This document shows positions 37,535 through 48,108 of a stretch of 64,000 bases of DNA, one piece after another. How positions within the stretch are numbered: position 1 is the stretch's first letter; every line of letters begins with the position of its first letter. Source of the DNA: an uncultured candidate division WWE3 bacterium (GTDB lineage: Bacteria; Patescibacteriota; WWE3; UBA101185; UBA10185); the NCBI GenBank assembly GCA_963765125.1, contig CAVXUZ010000005.1:97596-161595 (forward strand), read 5' to 3'. The notes beneath the pieces were generated by a model. It was not told the origin of the DNA. It made no database searches and saw only the letters and a program-made list of their open reading frames with translations. Position numbers and translations under genes: made by a program.

Positions 37535-38578
37535 ATGGAAGGGTTAGGTATTTACGGAGGTTGGTTGACGGTAAACCGCTTTTGTAATTTTAGATGCGGC
37601 TGGTGTTACGCTAAGGGGACAAAATTTAAATCAGAAGATAGTATGTCTGTTGAGCTTGCTAAGAATCTGATTAATTTGATGCACACAATTGGAGTTCATA
37701 ACGTAATACTTATCGGCGGAGAAACTTTGTTTTGGCCCCACTTGTTTTCTATCGCGACGTACATTAAGTCTCTAGGTATGACGAGTGCGGTTGTTACAAA
37801 TGGCTGGTTGTTGGGATTTGAAAAGTTTCGAAAAAAAGTAGAGACCTCAGATATTACTTCTCTCAGTATTTCACTAAAAGCAGGTAACAGGCACCAATAT
37901 GAGAAGCTAACTGGCTTTGATGGATTCGAAAAGGTAGTTGATGGTCTTCGCGAAGTTTCCAAGTGGAAAAACATAAGGGTGGAAACCACAACCGTTGTGA
38001 ACACAGAAGTACTAAGGAATATTGATGAGATAGCAAAGTTGGCGTTTGATAACGGGGCAGAATCTTTCAACATCTCAATGTGTGGTCCAGTGATTAGCGA
38101 TGGTGTATTTGACAACCGATTTGTTCCAGAACCAAAAGATGTTGTGAATACATTTTTGAGTAAATACGAATTACTTCATTCGCTAAGTAAAGGAAAATTT
38201 TCTATCGAGGCAGCACTTCCTACCTGTCTTTGGCCAAAGGAGTTTTTACATAAGCTGGAAGAAAACGATCAGATATCTTATGGGTGTCACTTTAAAACGA
38301 GAAGTGGGGTCATCTTTGACAGATTAGGTAGAATTATACCGTGCAATCAGCTTTTCGATTACCCTATGGGGCAATATGGCGAAGACTTTACAGATCTAGC
38401 TAGCTTTTCCGAAGTTTGGAATAGCCCCCAGCTAAATGCATTTTATGATAAAATGCTTGAGTACCCAGCAATAGCCTGCGTTAAATGCGGCGAATTTGAT
38501 AAGTGTGGCGGTGGTTGCCCACTAAACTGGTTTGTTAGGGATCCAGAGACAGTAATAGAAAAAGGAGAGCGCGTATGA
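37535..38578 (+). CDS. Radical SAM / SPASM-domain enzyme (second copy), translationally coupled to a Cys-rich peptide
   Basis: CNFRCGWCYAKG CxxxCxxC and C-terminal CVKCGEFDKCGGGCP SPASM-like cluster. Start moved to the ATG at 37535 (GAGGAGG RBS). The stop TGA overlaps the peptide ATG (ATGA). Confidence 0.8.
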   Translation: MEGLGIYGGWLTVNRFCNFRCGWCYAKGTKFKSEDSMSVELAKNLINLMHTIGVHNVILIGGETLFWPHLFSIATYIKSLGMTSAVVTNGWLLGFEKFRKKVETSDITSLSISLKAGNRHQYEKLTGFDGFEKVVDGLREVSKWKNIRVETTTVVNTEVLRNIDEIAKLAFDNGAESFNISMCGPVISDGVFDNRFVPEPKDVVNTFLSKYELLHSLSKGKFSIEAALPTCLWPKEFLHKLEENDQISYGCHFKTRSGVIFDRLGRIIPCNQLFDYPMGQYGEDFTDLASFSEVWNSPQLNAFYDKMLEYPAIACVKCGEFDKCGGGCPLNWFVRDPETVIEKGERV

Positions 38579-38745
38579 ACGCAAATCTAATGGATTTGGC
38601 TGCACAAAGAAAGAGCACCGGTGTAGTTCTAGACAAGCGTCCTTCAGGTAATCAAACTAAGACGATTATTATGGGGCATTGTCAGTGCAGATGCGCAAAT
38701 TGCAAATGTAATTGCTTTTGTGCGCAATGCAAAGCTAGTTTGTAA
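38575..38745 (+). CDS. 56-aa Cys-rich RiPP-precursor-like peptide (8 Cys in the last 20 residues), not in the ORF track
   Basis: AAGGAG 7 nt upstream. Product MNANLMDLAAQRKSTGVVLDKRPSGNQTKTIIMGHCQCRCANCKCNCFCAQCKASL; ATGA overlap with the rSAM stop. Confidence 0.65.
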   Translation: MNANLMDLAAQRKSTGVVLDKRPSGNQTKTIIMGHCQCRCANCKCNCFCAQCKASL

Positions 38746-38757
38746 CTGCTCAAATTT

Positions 38758-38798
38758 GGGGGATATTTAAGGTACCTAACTACTTTTAGATATCCCCC
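38758..38798 (+). promoter_or_regulatory. Perfect 9-bp stem hairpin (GGGGGATAT...ATATCCCCC) between the peptide and the HExxH gene
   Basis: 23-nt loop containing the palindrome AGGTACCT; no U-run, so possibly an attenuator or processing site rather than a terminator. Confidence 0.4.
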
Positions 38799-38833
38799 TT
38801 ATCCATGAGGCATTTAATTTAGATACTTGATGG

Positions 38834-39226
38834 ATGATCACATATAAATATATTGAAAACTACTTCAAAGATGACTCAGATTCGGAAGAGTTTTGTAAAA
38901 AACACAACATTGTGTACTTCAAGCCCACCCGAGAAAGAAAAGCTTGGTTAAAAAAGTGGCTTAAGGACGTAAAATTACCAAAAATTGAGTGCAAACGCGA
39001 CATAACGTGCTATTGGCGAGATTTTGGAACATGGGGAATGTACCACCCAGAAGATAATTCTATATCAATATGTCCTTATGAGATTGAGCGAGCTGGAGGA
39101 CTAGAGCAAGTTATACTTCATGAAATTGTGCATTTAGAGCACCCCGAACTTGATAAGTTACCACACAACCAAAAAGAAGATAAAATAAATGGACTAGGTA
39201 ATAAACCTAAAAAAGATAAAGCGTAG
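38834..39226 (+). CDS. YgjP/DUF45-like zinc metallopeptidase (HExxH)
   Basis: DFGTWGMY...ICPYEI...VILHEIVHLEH matches the WGSC / HELxH architecture of the YgjP (WLM-like) family. Confidence 0.5.
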   Translation: MITYKYIENYFKDDSDSEEFCKKHNIVYFKPTRERKAWLKKWLKDVKLPKIECKRDITCYWRDFGTWGMYHPEDNSISICPYEIERAGGLEQVILHEIVHLEHPELDKLPHNQKEDKINGLGNKPKKDKA

Positions 39227-39256
39227 ACTTTTTTGTAATCTACGCTTTTATTTCAG

Positions 39257-39643
39257 TTACCGCTGGTTGTTGTTCGCCTTGTTGATGTACAGATCGAGAG
39301 GATCTGCGGGTCCAAATTTGTCGATCATAAGCATGTTTAAAACCACATAGTTGACGTACAAACCCACGGCCAGTACTCCAGCGTAGCCAATTATGAGCCA
39401 TATTCCTTTTAAACTAAAAATATCGAGTAACAGGGTGAGTATTAGAAATACTAGTATGGTAAAAACAACGTAAAGACCCACACCGGTTTTCACTATAATG
39501 AAAGCCTTTTCGAACCAACTTAACGGTTTGTTTTCCATTTCAGCCTCCTCCGAGTTTAGTTGTCCTATAGTATACAAGATGGTTTGGTGATAGGCAACAT
39601 CTTCATAGGCAATAAAAAAGTGCAAATTTTGATGGATTTGCAC
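39257..39643 (-). CDS. Hypothetical small membrane protein
   Basis: 128 aa with 3 TM segments. Confidence 0.4.
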   Translation of the reverse strand: MQIHQNLHFFIAYEDVAYHQTILYTIGQLNSEEAEMENKPLSWFEKAFIIVKTGVGLYVVFTILVFLILTLLLDIFSLKGIWLIIGYAGVLAVGLYVNYVVLNMLMIDKFGPADPLDLYINKANNNQR

Positions 39644-39662
39644 TTTGATTTAACAGCCAGTA

Positions 39663-39911
39663 CTAAACTTTGTGACCATACTTCAATAAACCAATGTTTA
39701 TTGCCTCATGCACCAGGGCAATGAAATTTACCAAAGCGACTAGGCCAAAAATTACCAAAAGCACCCTAATATTCATCCCGTTGTCAATCCGATGGATAAT
39801 GTAGGCAAATGTAGCTATCCCGCATATGAGAACGTTTACTACAAGGTTCGCTTTAAAGACCTTCACAAATGCTTTTTTCGAACAATAAAAAATAGCATTA
39901 AGTTTTTTCAT
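39663..39911 (-). CDS. Hypothetical small membrane protein
   Basis: 82 aa with 2 TM segments. Confidence 0.4.
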   Translation of the reverse strand: MKKLNAIFYCSKKAFVKVFKANLVVNVLICGIATFAYIIHRIDNGMNIRVLLVIFGLVALVNFIALVHEAINIGLLKYGHKV

Positions 39912-39980
39912 GCCATCCTCTCCTCTTATTTTGTCGATTGGCTGTAATATACGCTAGTTTTAAAATTTAAACAATTTTTA

Positions 39981-40715
39981 CTATTTATGATCACCAAACC
40001 TATGTACTATCTTATTTTGTAATTTCTTATAATTACGTTTGGATAAAATTAAATATAATTCGCTTTTTAACATTTTTTTATAAAAATTTAGTCTTCCTTC
40101 TTCATCTAACCTTCTTACTGAAAAATGAATTCCTGGAGAACGAAGAATCTTAGTGTTATATCCTGCTTGATGTAGCTTGCTGCTCAAATCAAAATCCTCA
40201 GCAAGCGATAGGCTTGTATCAAATTCACCAACTTTTTTAAACGCATCTTTCTTTACAAATATGAACGTACCCACAGACCCGTGTGTCCATTTTCTAAAAA
40301 TATCTAAGTAAAGAATATTAAAAGCACTGCTCGTTAAGTGATCGTCGAGTCTGTGGCTCATTGGTATATTCCAAGCAGTTACCGAGTCGGCCCTGCCCGA
40401 CGAAACGAGTCCGTCTAATGTTTTAAGAAAGTTTTTAGAAGGCTTAACGTCGGCATCGAAGAAAATTAAATTATTTGTTTTAGCTTTAGACGCAGCATAA
40501 TTTCTTTGAAATGACTGCCCCTTTTGTGGAGAAATAAAAGTTGTTATTTTAAGTGAAGATTTAAATTCATCAGCTTTCTCTATCGTTTTATCTTTAGATT
40601 TTGCATCAGCCACGATTACTTCAAAATCCTTGTGCGTTTGCTCTTTTAGAGCGTTTAACAGGATGGGGAGATATTCCTCTTCATTAAGTGTTGGTATGCA
40701 GATGCTAAATTTCAT
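39981..40715 (-). CDS. Family-2 glycosyltransferase
   Basis: SICIPTLNEEEYL...VIVADAKSKDKT GT-A N-terminus; 244 aa. Confidence 0.7.
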   Translation of the reverse strand: MKFSICIPTLNEEEYLPILLNALKEQTHKDFEVIVADAKSKDKTIEKADEFKSSLKITTFISPQKGQSFQRNYAASKAKTNNLIFFDADVKPSKNFLKTLDGLVSSGRADSVTAWNIPMSHRLDDHLTSSAFNILYLDIFRKWTHGSVGTFIFVKKDAFKKVGEFDTSLSLAEDFDLSSKLHQAGYNTKILRSPGIHFSVRRLDEEGRLNFYKKMLKSELYLILSKRNYKKLQNKIVHRFGDHK

Positions 40716-40756
40716 TTGAGTTTATCGGCAGATTAAATCGAAGTTGTAAGAGCTGG

Positions 40757-41245
40757 CTAATTCCTAGTCCATTCAGCTTTTACACCCTTGACTTTTCTAT
40801 CCGCTAAAACCAACTCATCATATATGCCGTCTATTAAATCGTAGTTCTTTCCTTCATCTATTGTTACCCATGCATATTTATCAGTCTCATCTTTTTGTAA
40901 TGTAATATTTCCAGATTCGTAATCAGCTTTGCATGAAATAACCAACGAAGGATTACCGTCTGAGTGTATTGTCGCTAAACTTGTTACATACTCAATGTTG
41001 TTTATCTCTAGTCCTACTTCTTCTTTTACTTCTCTGCGTAAAACTTTCTCTAAAACGTTGTACCAATAAAATTCAGTATCTTTTGGTAGCGATACATAAT
41101 CTTCTGTTTCTAACTTACCTCCAGGTACAGTCCATTTACCAGGAAATCTCTTTTTATCTTTTGAACGTCTGGTTATAAGGTATTTACCGTTTTTGACGAT
41201 TATTGCGGTGATAACAATTTCGTGTAGTAATTTATCTTTTTCCAT
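40757..41245 (-). CDS. NUDIX hydrolase
   Basis: Nudix box GGKLE...REVKEEVGLEI. Confidence 0.8.
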   Translation of the reverse strand: MEKDKLLHEIVITAIIVKNGKYLITRRSKDKKRFPGKWTVPGGKLETEDYVSLPKDTEFYWYNVLEKVLRREVKEEVGLEINNIEYVTSLATIHSDGNPSLVISCKADYESGNITLQKDETDKYAWVTIDEGKNYDLIDGIYDELVLADRKVKGVKAEWTRN

Positions 41246-41267
41246 ACTTTTTTAGTATAAATCTGGA

Positions 41268-41505
41268 GGCAAATCGTCGCTAACGCTCCTATTGCATCTC
41301 AGAGTTCTAAAGCTCACTTTGTTCGCTAAGTGCTTTGGAGCGGAAAACGGGATTCGGTCACATGTCTTTCAACTCTAAATTCGCAAGCTCATTAAGATAT
41401 GAAAGCATTCGACCCCACCTCAGTCGCTTACGCTCCTTCCGGCATTCTCGTCCCCTATTCCCCATGAATAAGCCCACTAACCCTTTGGGTTACTGCGCAT
41501 CTTCA
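41268..41505 (-). repeat. tRNA-Trp-associated mini-element: core copy C (41362-41505), 26-nt duplicate of the tRNA-Trp 3' end (41336-41361), then trailer-repeat copy (41268-41335)
   Basis: tggagcggaaaacgggattcggtcac duplicates the T-loop-to-CCA segment of the adjacent tRNA-Trp. The core is about 90% identical to 36599-36715. The trailer aaagcacttagcgaacaaagtgagc...gcgacgatttgcc resembles the trailers after tRNA-Val and tRNA-Leu(TAG). Confidence 0.7.
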
Positions 41506-41582
41506 TGGAGCGGGAAACGGGATTCGAACCCGCGACCTCCTCCTTGGAAGGGAGGCGCTCTAGCCAGCTGAGCTATTCCCGC
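41506..41582 (-). tRNA. tRNA-Trp (anticodon CCA), CCA end encoded
   Basis: Manual fold: acceptor GCGGGAA/UUCCCGC, anticodon stem CCUCC/GGAGG with loop CUUCCAA, T-loop UUCGAAU. Confidence 0.85.
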
Positions 41583-41626
41583 ACAAACACTAACTGCGTT
41601 TTATGCGCAGAGCATATTGTACCCAT

Positions 41627-42076
41627 TTAATAATGTTTTTTCAAAAGGTTTTTCTTCCTTTTCTCGTACTCATGCTCTGAGATTTTTCCGTTGTTTTTAA
41701 GTTCTGCCAGCCTCTTCATGGATAATTCAAAGTCTTTTATGACAAGACTTCCCTCTTTCTCACCCATCAAATGCTTATGTGATTGGTACATTTTCTCGTC
41801 GATGATTTTTTTCATCTTAACAGCAGATTTTTTATCAATCCATCTAATTCTTATGTATTGGTGGCCAGTTGAAAGAATATCAATATGTGCAAATTTTACA
41901 ATATATTTTTGTAAGTCAACCTGTGCGATGTGATTATATCCAACAGTGACCTCTTCGTGTGTCATCAAGTGCCTTTTTTTGTAAACAATTTTATCGTCAT
42001 AAAGATATAAATGAGGTCTAAAAAGTGTGAGATTGTACAGTCTATTTCCAGCAACGTGAATTAGAAGAGTTGACAT
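41627..42076 (-). CDS. Hypothetical protein with C-terminal SHOCT-like motif
   Basis: The C-terminal ...LAELKNNGKISEHEYEKRKKNLL resembles the SHOCT short C-terminal domain. Confidence 0.4.
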   Translation of the reverse strand: MSTLLIHVAGNRLYNLTLFRPHLYLYDDKIVYKKRHLMTHEEVTVGYNHIAQVDLQKYIVKFAHIDILSTGHQYIRIRWIDKKSAVKMKKIIDEKMYQSHKHLMGEKEGSLVIKDFELSMKRLAELKNNGKISEHEYEKRKKNLLKKHY

Positions 42077-42135
42077 ACTTACATCTTACCATTAGTTACA
42101 AATAGATAAAAACGCGCTTTAATAACAAAAAAAGC

Positions 42136-43093
<958 letters not shown>

Positions 43094-43095
43094 AG

Positions 43096-44562
43096 ATGTT
43101 AAAAAAGTATTTTAATCAGAAAAATATTTATCACCTTATATTTATTTTAATATTTGTAATCGGAATCTATCTTAGGTTTTCTGATTTAGGTTATTCAAGT
43201 TTTTATGGTGATGAAACAAAAACATTTTATTTAGACAAAACAGTCTCCGCTTCAAAATATTTTTTCGATCAGCGAAAAGGCCCTGTACAATTTTTGGTTG
43301 TTTGGTTAAGTGAAAAAATAGTCGGTGGGCATGATGAATTACTAACCAGAATACCTTTTGCTCTTGCAGGTTCGCTGTCTATCATAGGTTTTTACTTAGT
43401 GGTGAAAAAAATGTTTAGTGAAAAGGTTGCGCTTGTTGCAACTGCGCTATTTGCGCTGAACGGCTTTTATATAGCATTTTCACGTACAATCCAATATCAA
43501 AGTTTTTTGCTACTGTTTGGATTTTTTTCAATCTATTTGTGTCTAAAATATTTAGAAAATAAAAAAATAATTTACGCAATTATTTCAAGTGTGTTACTCG
43601 GTTTGGCGTACCTCAGTCATTACGATGCAGTATTTTTTAATGTTGTGATTGCATTTTATGTTTTAAAAAATATTCTTGAAAAGAAAGTAAGCCTAAAAGA
43701 GATTACAAAATATTATTTGCTCCCGTTAACCTTAGTCGTTGGTGCATTTTATTTACCATACATAGTAAATGGGTTCATGAGCGAAAACACAGTCAATTAC
43801 CTAAGTAGACGTCTTTCAGGTTTTGAATATGGTACGAATTCGAGTTGGTATACATTTTGGGTATACAATCCTTCTTACATATGGATATTTGCCAGTTTAT
43901 TCGCAATCCCCTACTTTTTTAAAAAGGATTGGAAAAGTAACATAATTTTATTCTGGTTCCTAATTCCATTTATTATCTTTGAGTTTGGCTTTTCAAATCC
44001 AGGTACTCACATTCACAACTACTTCATCCCGTTATTTATAATTATTGCTTTAGGAATAGACTATATCGTCAGCTTTGTACGCGAAAAGAAGCAAATACTT
44101 GTCTATTTTGCAATCTTGGCTTTTATTGTTGCACCGGCGTTATTGGCTAATGCTTATGTCTATTTACCTGTTTTAAACAACGGATTTCCATGGAAAGACT
44201 CAAAACTTGCCTTTATGCCACGAGAAAAGGTAGACAAAAGATATCATCTATTTCTATACGGATTTCCATACGAGCGTGGTTGGCGAGAGATTTCAGAATA
44301 CATAAACAAAAAAGGTGGCGTAAGACAAATATTTACAAACGATAACGATACAGCTGCCCAGTATTATTTACGTGGTATAGCGTACACAATCCCAGGACCT
44401 AATTTTTTGCCTCAATACTATCTAGAAGTGTTTGACGGTCAGGAGTTCATGACGACAGAACAAGTACTAATAGATAACTCGATTTCTAAATATACTGTAG
44501 AAAGAGAATTTTTTGTTGGTGATGTAAAGACAGCTGTCTTATATAAATTAAACTCGAAATAA
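43096..44562 (+). CDS. Polytopic membrane protein, glycosyltransferase-39/ArnT-like
   Basis: 488 aa with about 12 TM helices; YGDETKTFY..DE-like loop near the N-terminus. Confidence 0.45.
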   Translation: MLKKYFNQKNIYHLIFILIFVIGIYLRFSDLGYSSFYGDETKTFYLDKTVSASKYFFDQRKGPVQFLVVWLSEKIVGGHDELLTRIPFALAGSLSIIGFYLVVKKMFSEKVALVATALFALNGFYIAFSRTIQYQSFLLLFGFFSIYLCLKYLENKKIIYAIISSVLLGLAYLSHYDAVFFNVVIAFYVLKNILEKKVSLKEITKYYLLPLTLVVGAFYLPYIVNGFMSENTVNYLSRRLSGFEYGTNSSWYTFWVYNPSYIWIFASLFAIPYFFKKDWKSNIILFWFLIPFIIFEFGFSNPGTHIHNYFIPLFIIIALGIDYIVSFVREKKQILVYFAILAFIVAPALLANAYVYLPVLNNGFPWKDSKLAFMPREKVDKRYHLFLYGFPYERGWREISEYINKKGGVRQIFTNDNDTAAQYYLRGIAYTIPGPNFLPQYYLEVFDGQEFMTTEQVLIDNSISKYTVEREFFVGDVKTAVLYKLNSK

Positions 44563-44594
44563 AAAAAGACCCTGATGTTTTTATTATCAGGGTC
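44561..44594. terminator. Hairpin terminator (GACCCTGAT...ATCAGGGTC) between convergent genes
   Basis: 9-bp perfect stem with an A7 run on the + side (U-run on the minus strand). Confidence 0.55.
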
Positions 44595-44859
44595 TATCTG
44601 AGTAATGCGGTTGCACGATATCTTTATTGAGATTCGCAATCTCCAATAAAATCTTATTGCCGTCAGGGATGTAAACACCTCTGCGTACTTTTTTGCAGAG
44701 CTTAATTACGTATTTAATAACCGTTGTTTCGGTTACTCCCTTAGGCCCTTGAGTATAAAAGAAAAGCTTATTATATACTCTTACCGGATTTCCTCCATAT
44801 ACCCACGATGTCTGTAAAAAATTGATGACCCTTTTTTTTTGTTGCACAGTCAGCGCCAT
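44587..44859 (-). CDS. Hypothetical protein
   Basis: 90-aa ORF. Confidence 0.35.
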   Translation of the reverse strand: MALTVQQKKRVINFLQTSWVYGGNPVRVYNKLFFYTQGPKGVTETTVIKYVIKLCKKVRRGVYIPDGNKILLEIANLNKDIVQPHYSDRP

Positions 44860-44916
44860 CTCAACCTCCTCATTTATTTAAGATGCTAGTATTATACCAC
44901 AGTACTATAGGTTTTG

Positions 44917-45831
44917 CTATTTCTTTATTCTACGTTTGATTAAGACAAATATTAACCAAGCAACAAGGATGAATGGCACATAGACGACAATCCAGATGGC
45001 CCCATTACCTATCTTGATTAGATCCATTAGCATAGCTCTTGAAGCTTCTTTAAAGATTGCTTCTGGTCTCCACGCCTGTGCAGGTGTGTAAGGTAGACCG
45101 AGCTCATCTGTGGCAAGGTTAATACTAATTAGCGATGTATCAGAAGAATTTTTCAAATATTCTATTTGACCTTTGTAGTAGTCGATTTGGTCTTGTACTG
45201 CAAATATTTGCATTTGTACATTTAAAATGTCTTCGATTGATACTGCTCTGTTATAGATTTCTTCAAATCGTGTTTTAGTTGCTTCTAGTTTTGTTAATCT
45301 TTCTTGAATGTCCGTGTATTGATCTGTGATATCCGAGCCAGAAGTGTTTTCTGATACGACTTTGATGGAGATTGTTCTAAATCTTTTCATTGCCTCATCT
45401 AACTGGTTTGTGGGCACTCTTACTGTGATGTATCCACTTTCTCCAAGTTCTGGAGTGTTTATATTAGAATCAACAACATATCCTCCTAGTTCTTTTACAC
45501 TTGATTTGATGATTTCTAAAGTATCTCTAACGTTTTTCACTTGTAGTGACATACTGGCGTTTGTGATTACTCTTCTGTCTGTGATATCTGGTCTTGGAGC
45601 AATATTGTCCATAGGAACTGGCATAGATTTTGTTGATACAGCCATGTCTTCTGCATAAGGGGCACTACCCATCATGATTTCAGATTGGTTGCCAACAAAC
45701 CCCGCGCCTCTGCCATAAGGGCGAACTGTGTTTGGGCTGCTAGATCCTAGAATTAAAATGATGATAATTAAAACAGAGACTAGTTTGTGGGTTTTAATCC
45801 ACGTGATTATTTTTTGTATTGTTTCTTTCAT
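44917..45831 (-). CDS. Hypothetical protein with N- and C-terminal TM anchors (DUF4349-like architecture)
   Basis: Start moved to ATG 45831 (MKETIQKIITW...) to remove the overlap with sodA. Confidence 0.45.
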   Translation of the reverse strand: MKETIQKIITWIKTHKLVSVLIIIILILGSSSPNTVRPYGRGAGFVGNQSEIMMGSAPYAEDMAVSTKSMPVPMDNIAPRPDITDRRVITNASMSLQVKNVRDTLEIIKSSVKELGGYVVDSNINTPELGESGYITVRVPTNQLDEAMKRFRTISIKVVSENTSGSDITDQYTDIQERLTKLEATKTRFEEIYNRAVSIEDILNVQMQIFAVQDQIDYYKGQIEYLKNSSDTSLISINLATDELGLPYTPAQAWRPEAIFKEASRAMLMDLIKIGNGAIWIVVYVPFILVAWLIFVLIKRRIKK

Positions 45832-45865
45832 ATACGTTAAATTCTCGCACCGTGCCTGCGCCTTG

Positions 45866-46474
45866 TCAAAGTTTGTTATATTTTTCTGATACGATTGTCC
45901 AGTTAATAAGCTCCATCCAATTTTCAACGTATTCTGCTCGCCTATTTTGGTAGTTTAAATAGTAAGCGTGTTCCCATACATCGAGTGCAATTAAAGGTAT
46001 TTTATTTTCAGACAGAGGTGAATTTTGATTTGGTGTCGAGTAGATCTCTAATTTACTATCTGAGTTAACTACTAGCCACGCCCATCCGCTTCCGAATCTC
46101 GAGAGCGCGGCTTTTGCAAGTAAGCTTTTCATATTTTGAAGTGATTCAAATGTTCTTTCGATTTCTGTAGCAAGTTTTCCTGTGGGAGCTTTTTCTCCTC
46201 CAGGCGTCATTATTTCCCAATAAATGTTGTGATTATAGTAGCCTCCTCCGTTGTTTAAGACGCTTGTTCTTATTTCTTCTGGGATGCTATTAATTTCTCT
46301 AAGTATTTTTTCTATCCCCCATTGTTGTATGGTTTGGTGATTTTCTAGTGCTGTATTGAGGTTCGCCGTGTAGGTGGCATGGTGCTTAGAATGGTGTAGT
46401 TCCATTGTTTTTGTGTCAATTACTGGTTCTAGCGCTGTGTAAGAGTAACTTAGTTTTGGCAGTTCAAATGGCAT
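45866..46474 (-). CDS. sodA: Fe/Mn superoxide dismutase
   Basis: ELHHSKHHATY and DVWEHAYYL metal-ligand motifs; 202 aa. Confidence 0.9.
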   Translation of the reverse strand: MPFELPKLSYSYTALEPVIDTKTMELHHSKHHATYTANLNTALENHQTIQQWGIEKILREINSIPEEIRTSVLNNGGGYYNHNIYWEIMTPGGEKAPTGKLATEIERTFESLQNMKSLLAKAALSRFGSGWAWLVVNSDSKLEIYSTPNQNSPLSENKIPLIALDVWEHAYYLNYQNRRAEYVENWMELINWTIVSEKYNKL

Positions 46475-46539
46475 TTTTATTTTCCTTTCAGGAACATATT
46501 TATAACTATCAATATATTATCACCTTCGTGCATGCTTTT

Positions 46540-48066
46540 TCAATAATCAGTATTTACCTTGTAGATATAGTTTAATTCCAATCCTTTTCTGCTGATAATC
46601 TCATACGGCTCTATACCAAAAACCTCTTCTTTACACATAAGAATGTGCGCGTTTTCTGGGCTTTCAACGACCGAAAATTTGTTTTGTGAGTAATATTCAA
46701 CTATATTTTTTTGTCCACATACGTAAACATCTGTATTTACCTCAAAAGTCTTTTTTACAAAATCACTCGCTTCTTTATAACTTAGATCAAGATAATCACC
46801 ACCAAATAATTTCTCCCCCAAATTACGCCCTCCTGAAATCTCATTATAATAAGTGTATTGATAGGGATGTAACTCAATAATATCTTTTACAACGTTTATC
46901 ATGGACGCAAAGACTATGAGGACAAAAATACTTTGCAATGATTCATCTTTTGCATCGAGAACAATTTCAATAAATATAATTGCAGCTACTATACCTATTA
47001 CAGGTAGTAGAAAAAGAACACTTTCAATTCCCTGTGCGTATTTAATATCAAAAATCCAAAATATAACTGCAAATAAAATAAGTGTCGAACTAAATAAAAA
47101 GAAGAGATCATCACGGAGCTTTTTAAAAAAGTAATAAACGCCAAGAGTTAGAAGAATAAGTAAAGGTACTGGTATTGTGTGAAGCGCAAGTGCGGCGTGA
47201 TAAGTTAAAGTAGGTACGGTTTGGTTAATGCCAAGAAATAGTATTGGCTGTAAATCACCAACCCAGATATTAAACAAAGAGATAACACGAGGAATGGGAT
47301 TAACTGCAATATAAGGCCATGTACCGAGCATTATTAGATGTGCAATACCCGCGACTAAAAGAAACTCAAGCAAAAAGTTTAGAATGCTACTTACTTTTTT
47401 AGTTGGTTTAAAAATGAAGCTATGGAAAAAATTAATGAATACTATTATGTATAGCGCGTAACCTAAGATATTAATACTTTGTGTTATTCCAAATAGAACC
47501 CCAAGAGTGATTACTTTGATTGAAGCTAGATGTGATGTTCTACTTTGAAGTTTTGAAAATATGTACAGACCGCTCAGAGATAAAAAGAAAAATATTGAAA
47601 AAGAAATGTTTTGCGGAGTATTAAAAATATGTCCAATTAAACGTGGTTGAATGAGAATAAAAAAAGGACCGAGTGCTGCGAGTAACGGGTTTTTATACTT
47701 TTTGTAAATAAGTAGATAAGAAATAAATATAATAGACGAAAATAGAATTGCGTTAATAAGATGAAACACATCAAAGTTTTTAAAAACGTTAAAAATAATT
47801 AAAACCGATGAATATAGTGGATAGTTATAATTTTGAAGCTGATCAATGCTATTTATGGTTTCCTGATTAAATAGCTTGTAGGAATCAACAGAAAACACAG
47901 TGTTTATAACGTGGTTTATGAATGATACGCCGTTTTCATAGAATGCTATTTCATTTTGATTGACACCAATTTTATTAAAGTACGAAAGACTAAAGAGAAT
48001 ATAGGCAATGATGATTAAAGCGAAGGGCCAATGTTTTAATATTTTATTAATGCGATAGAGAAACAT
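46540..48066 (-). CDS. Hypothetical polytopic membrane protein (possible glycosyltransferase)
   Basis: 508 aa with many TM segments. Confidence 0.45.
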   Translation of the reverse strand: MFLYRINKILKHWPFALIIIAYILFSLSYFNKIGVNQNEIAFYENGVSFINHVINTVFSVDSYKLFNQETINSIDQLQNYNYPLYSSVLIIFNVFKNFDVFHLINAILFSSIIFISYLLIYKKYKNPLLAALGPFFILIQPRLIGHIFNTPQNISFSIFFFLSLSGLYIFSKLQSRTSHLASIKVITLGVLFGITQSINILGYALYIIVFINFFHSFIFKPTKKVSSILNFLLEFLLVAGIAHLIMLGTWPYIAVNPIPRVISLFNIWVGDLQPILFLGINQTVPTLTYHAALALHTIPVPLLILLTLGVYYFFKKLRDDLFFLFSSTLILFAVIFWIFDIKYAQGIESVLFLLPVIGIVAAIIFIEIVLDAKDESLQSIFVLIVFASMINVVKDIIELHPYQYTYYNEISGGRNLGEKLFGGDYLDLSYKEASDFVKKTFEVNTDVYVCGQKNIVEYYSQNKFSVVESPENAHILMCKEEVFGIEPYEIISRKGLELNYIYKVNTDY

Positions 48067-48108
48067 TTTATATACATAGAGAATACCAAATTTAGTCTGT
48101 AAGAAATA

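Noticed and set aside
41335-41571. 78-aa '+' ORF overlapping tRNA-Trp and its mini-element
   Set aside because: It is antisense to a confidently folded tRNA and to repeat sequence. Same artefact as above.
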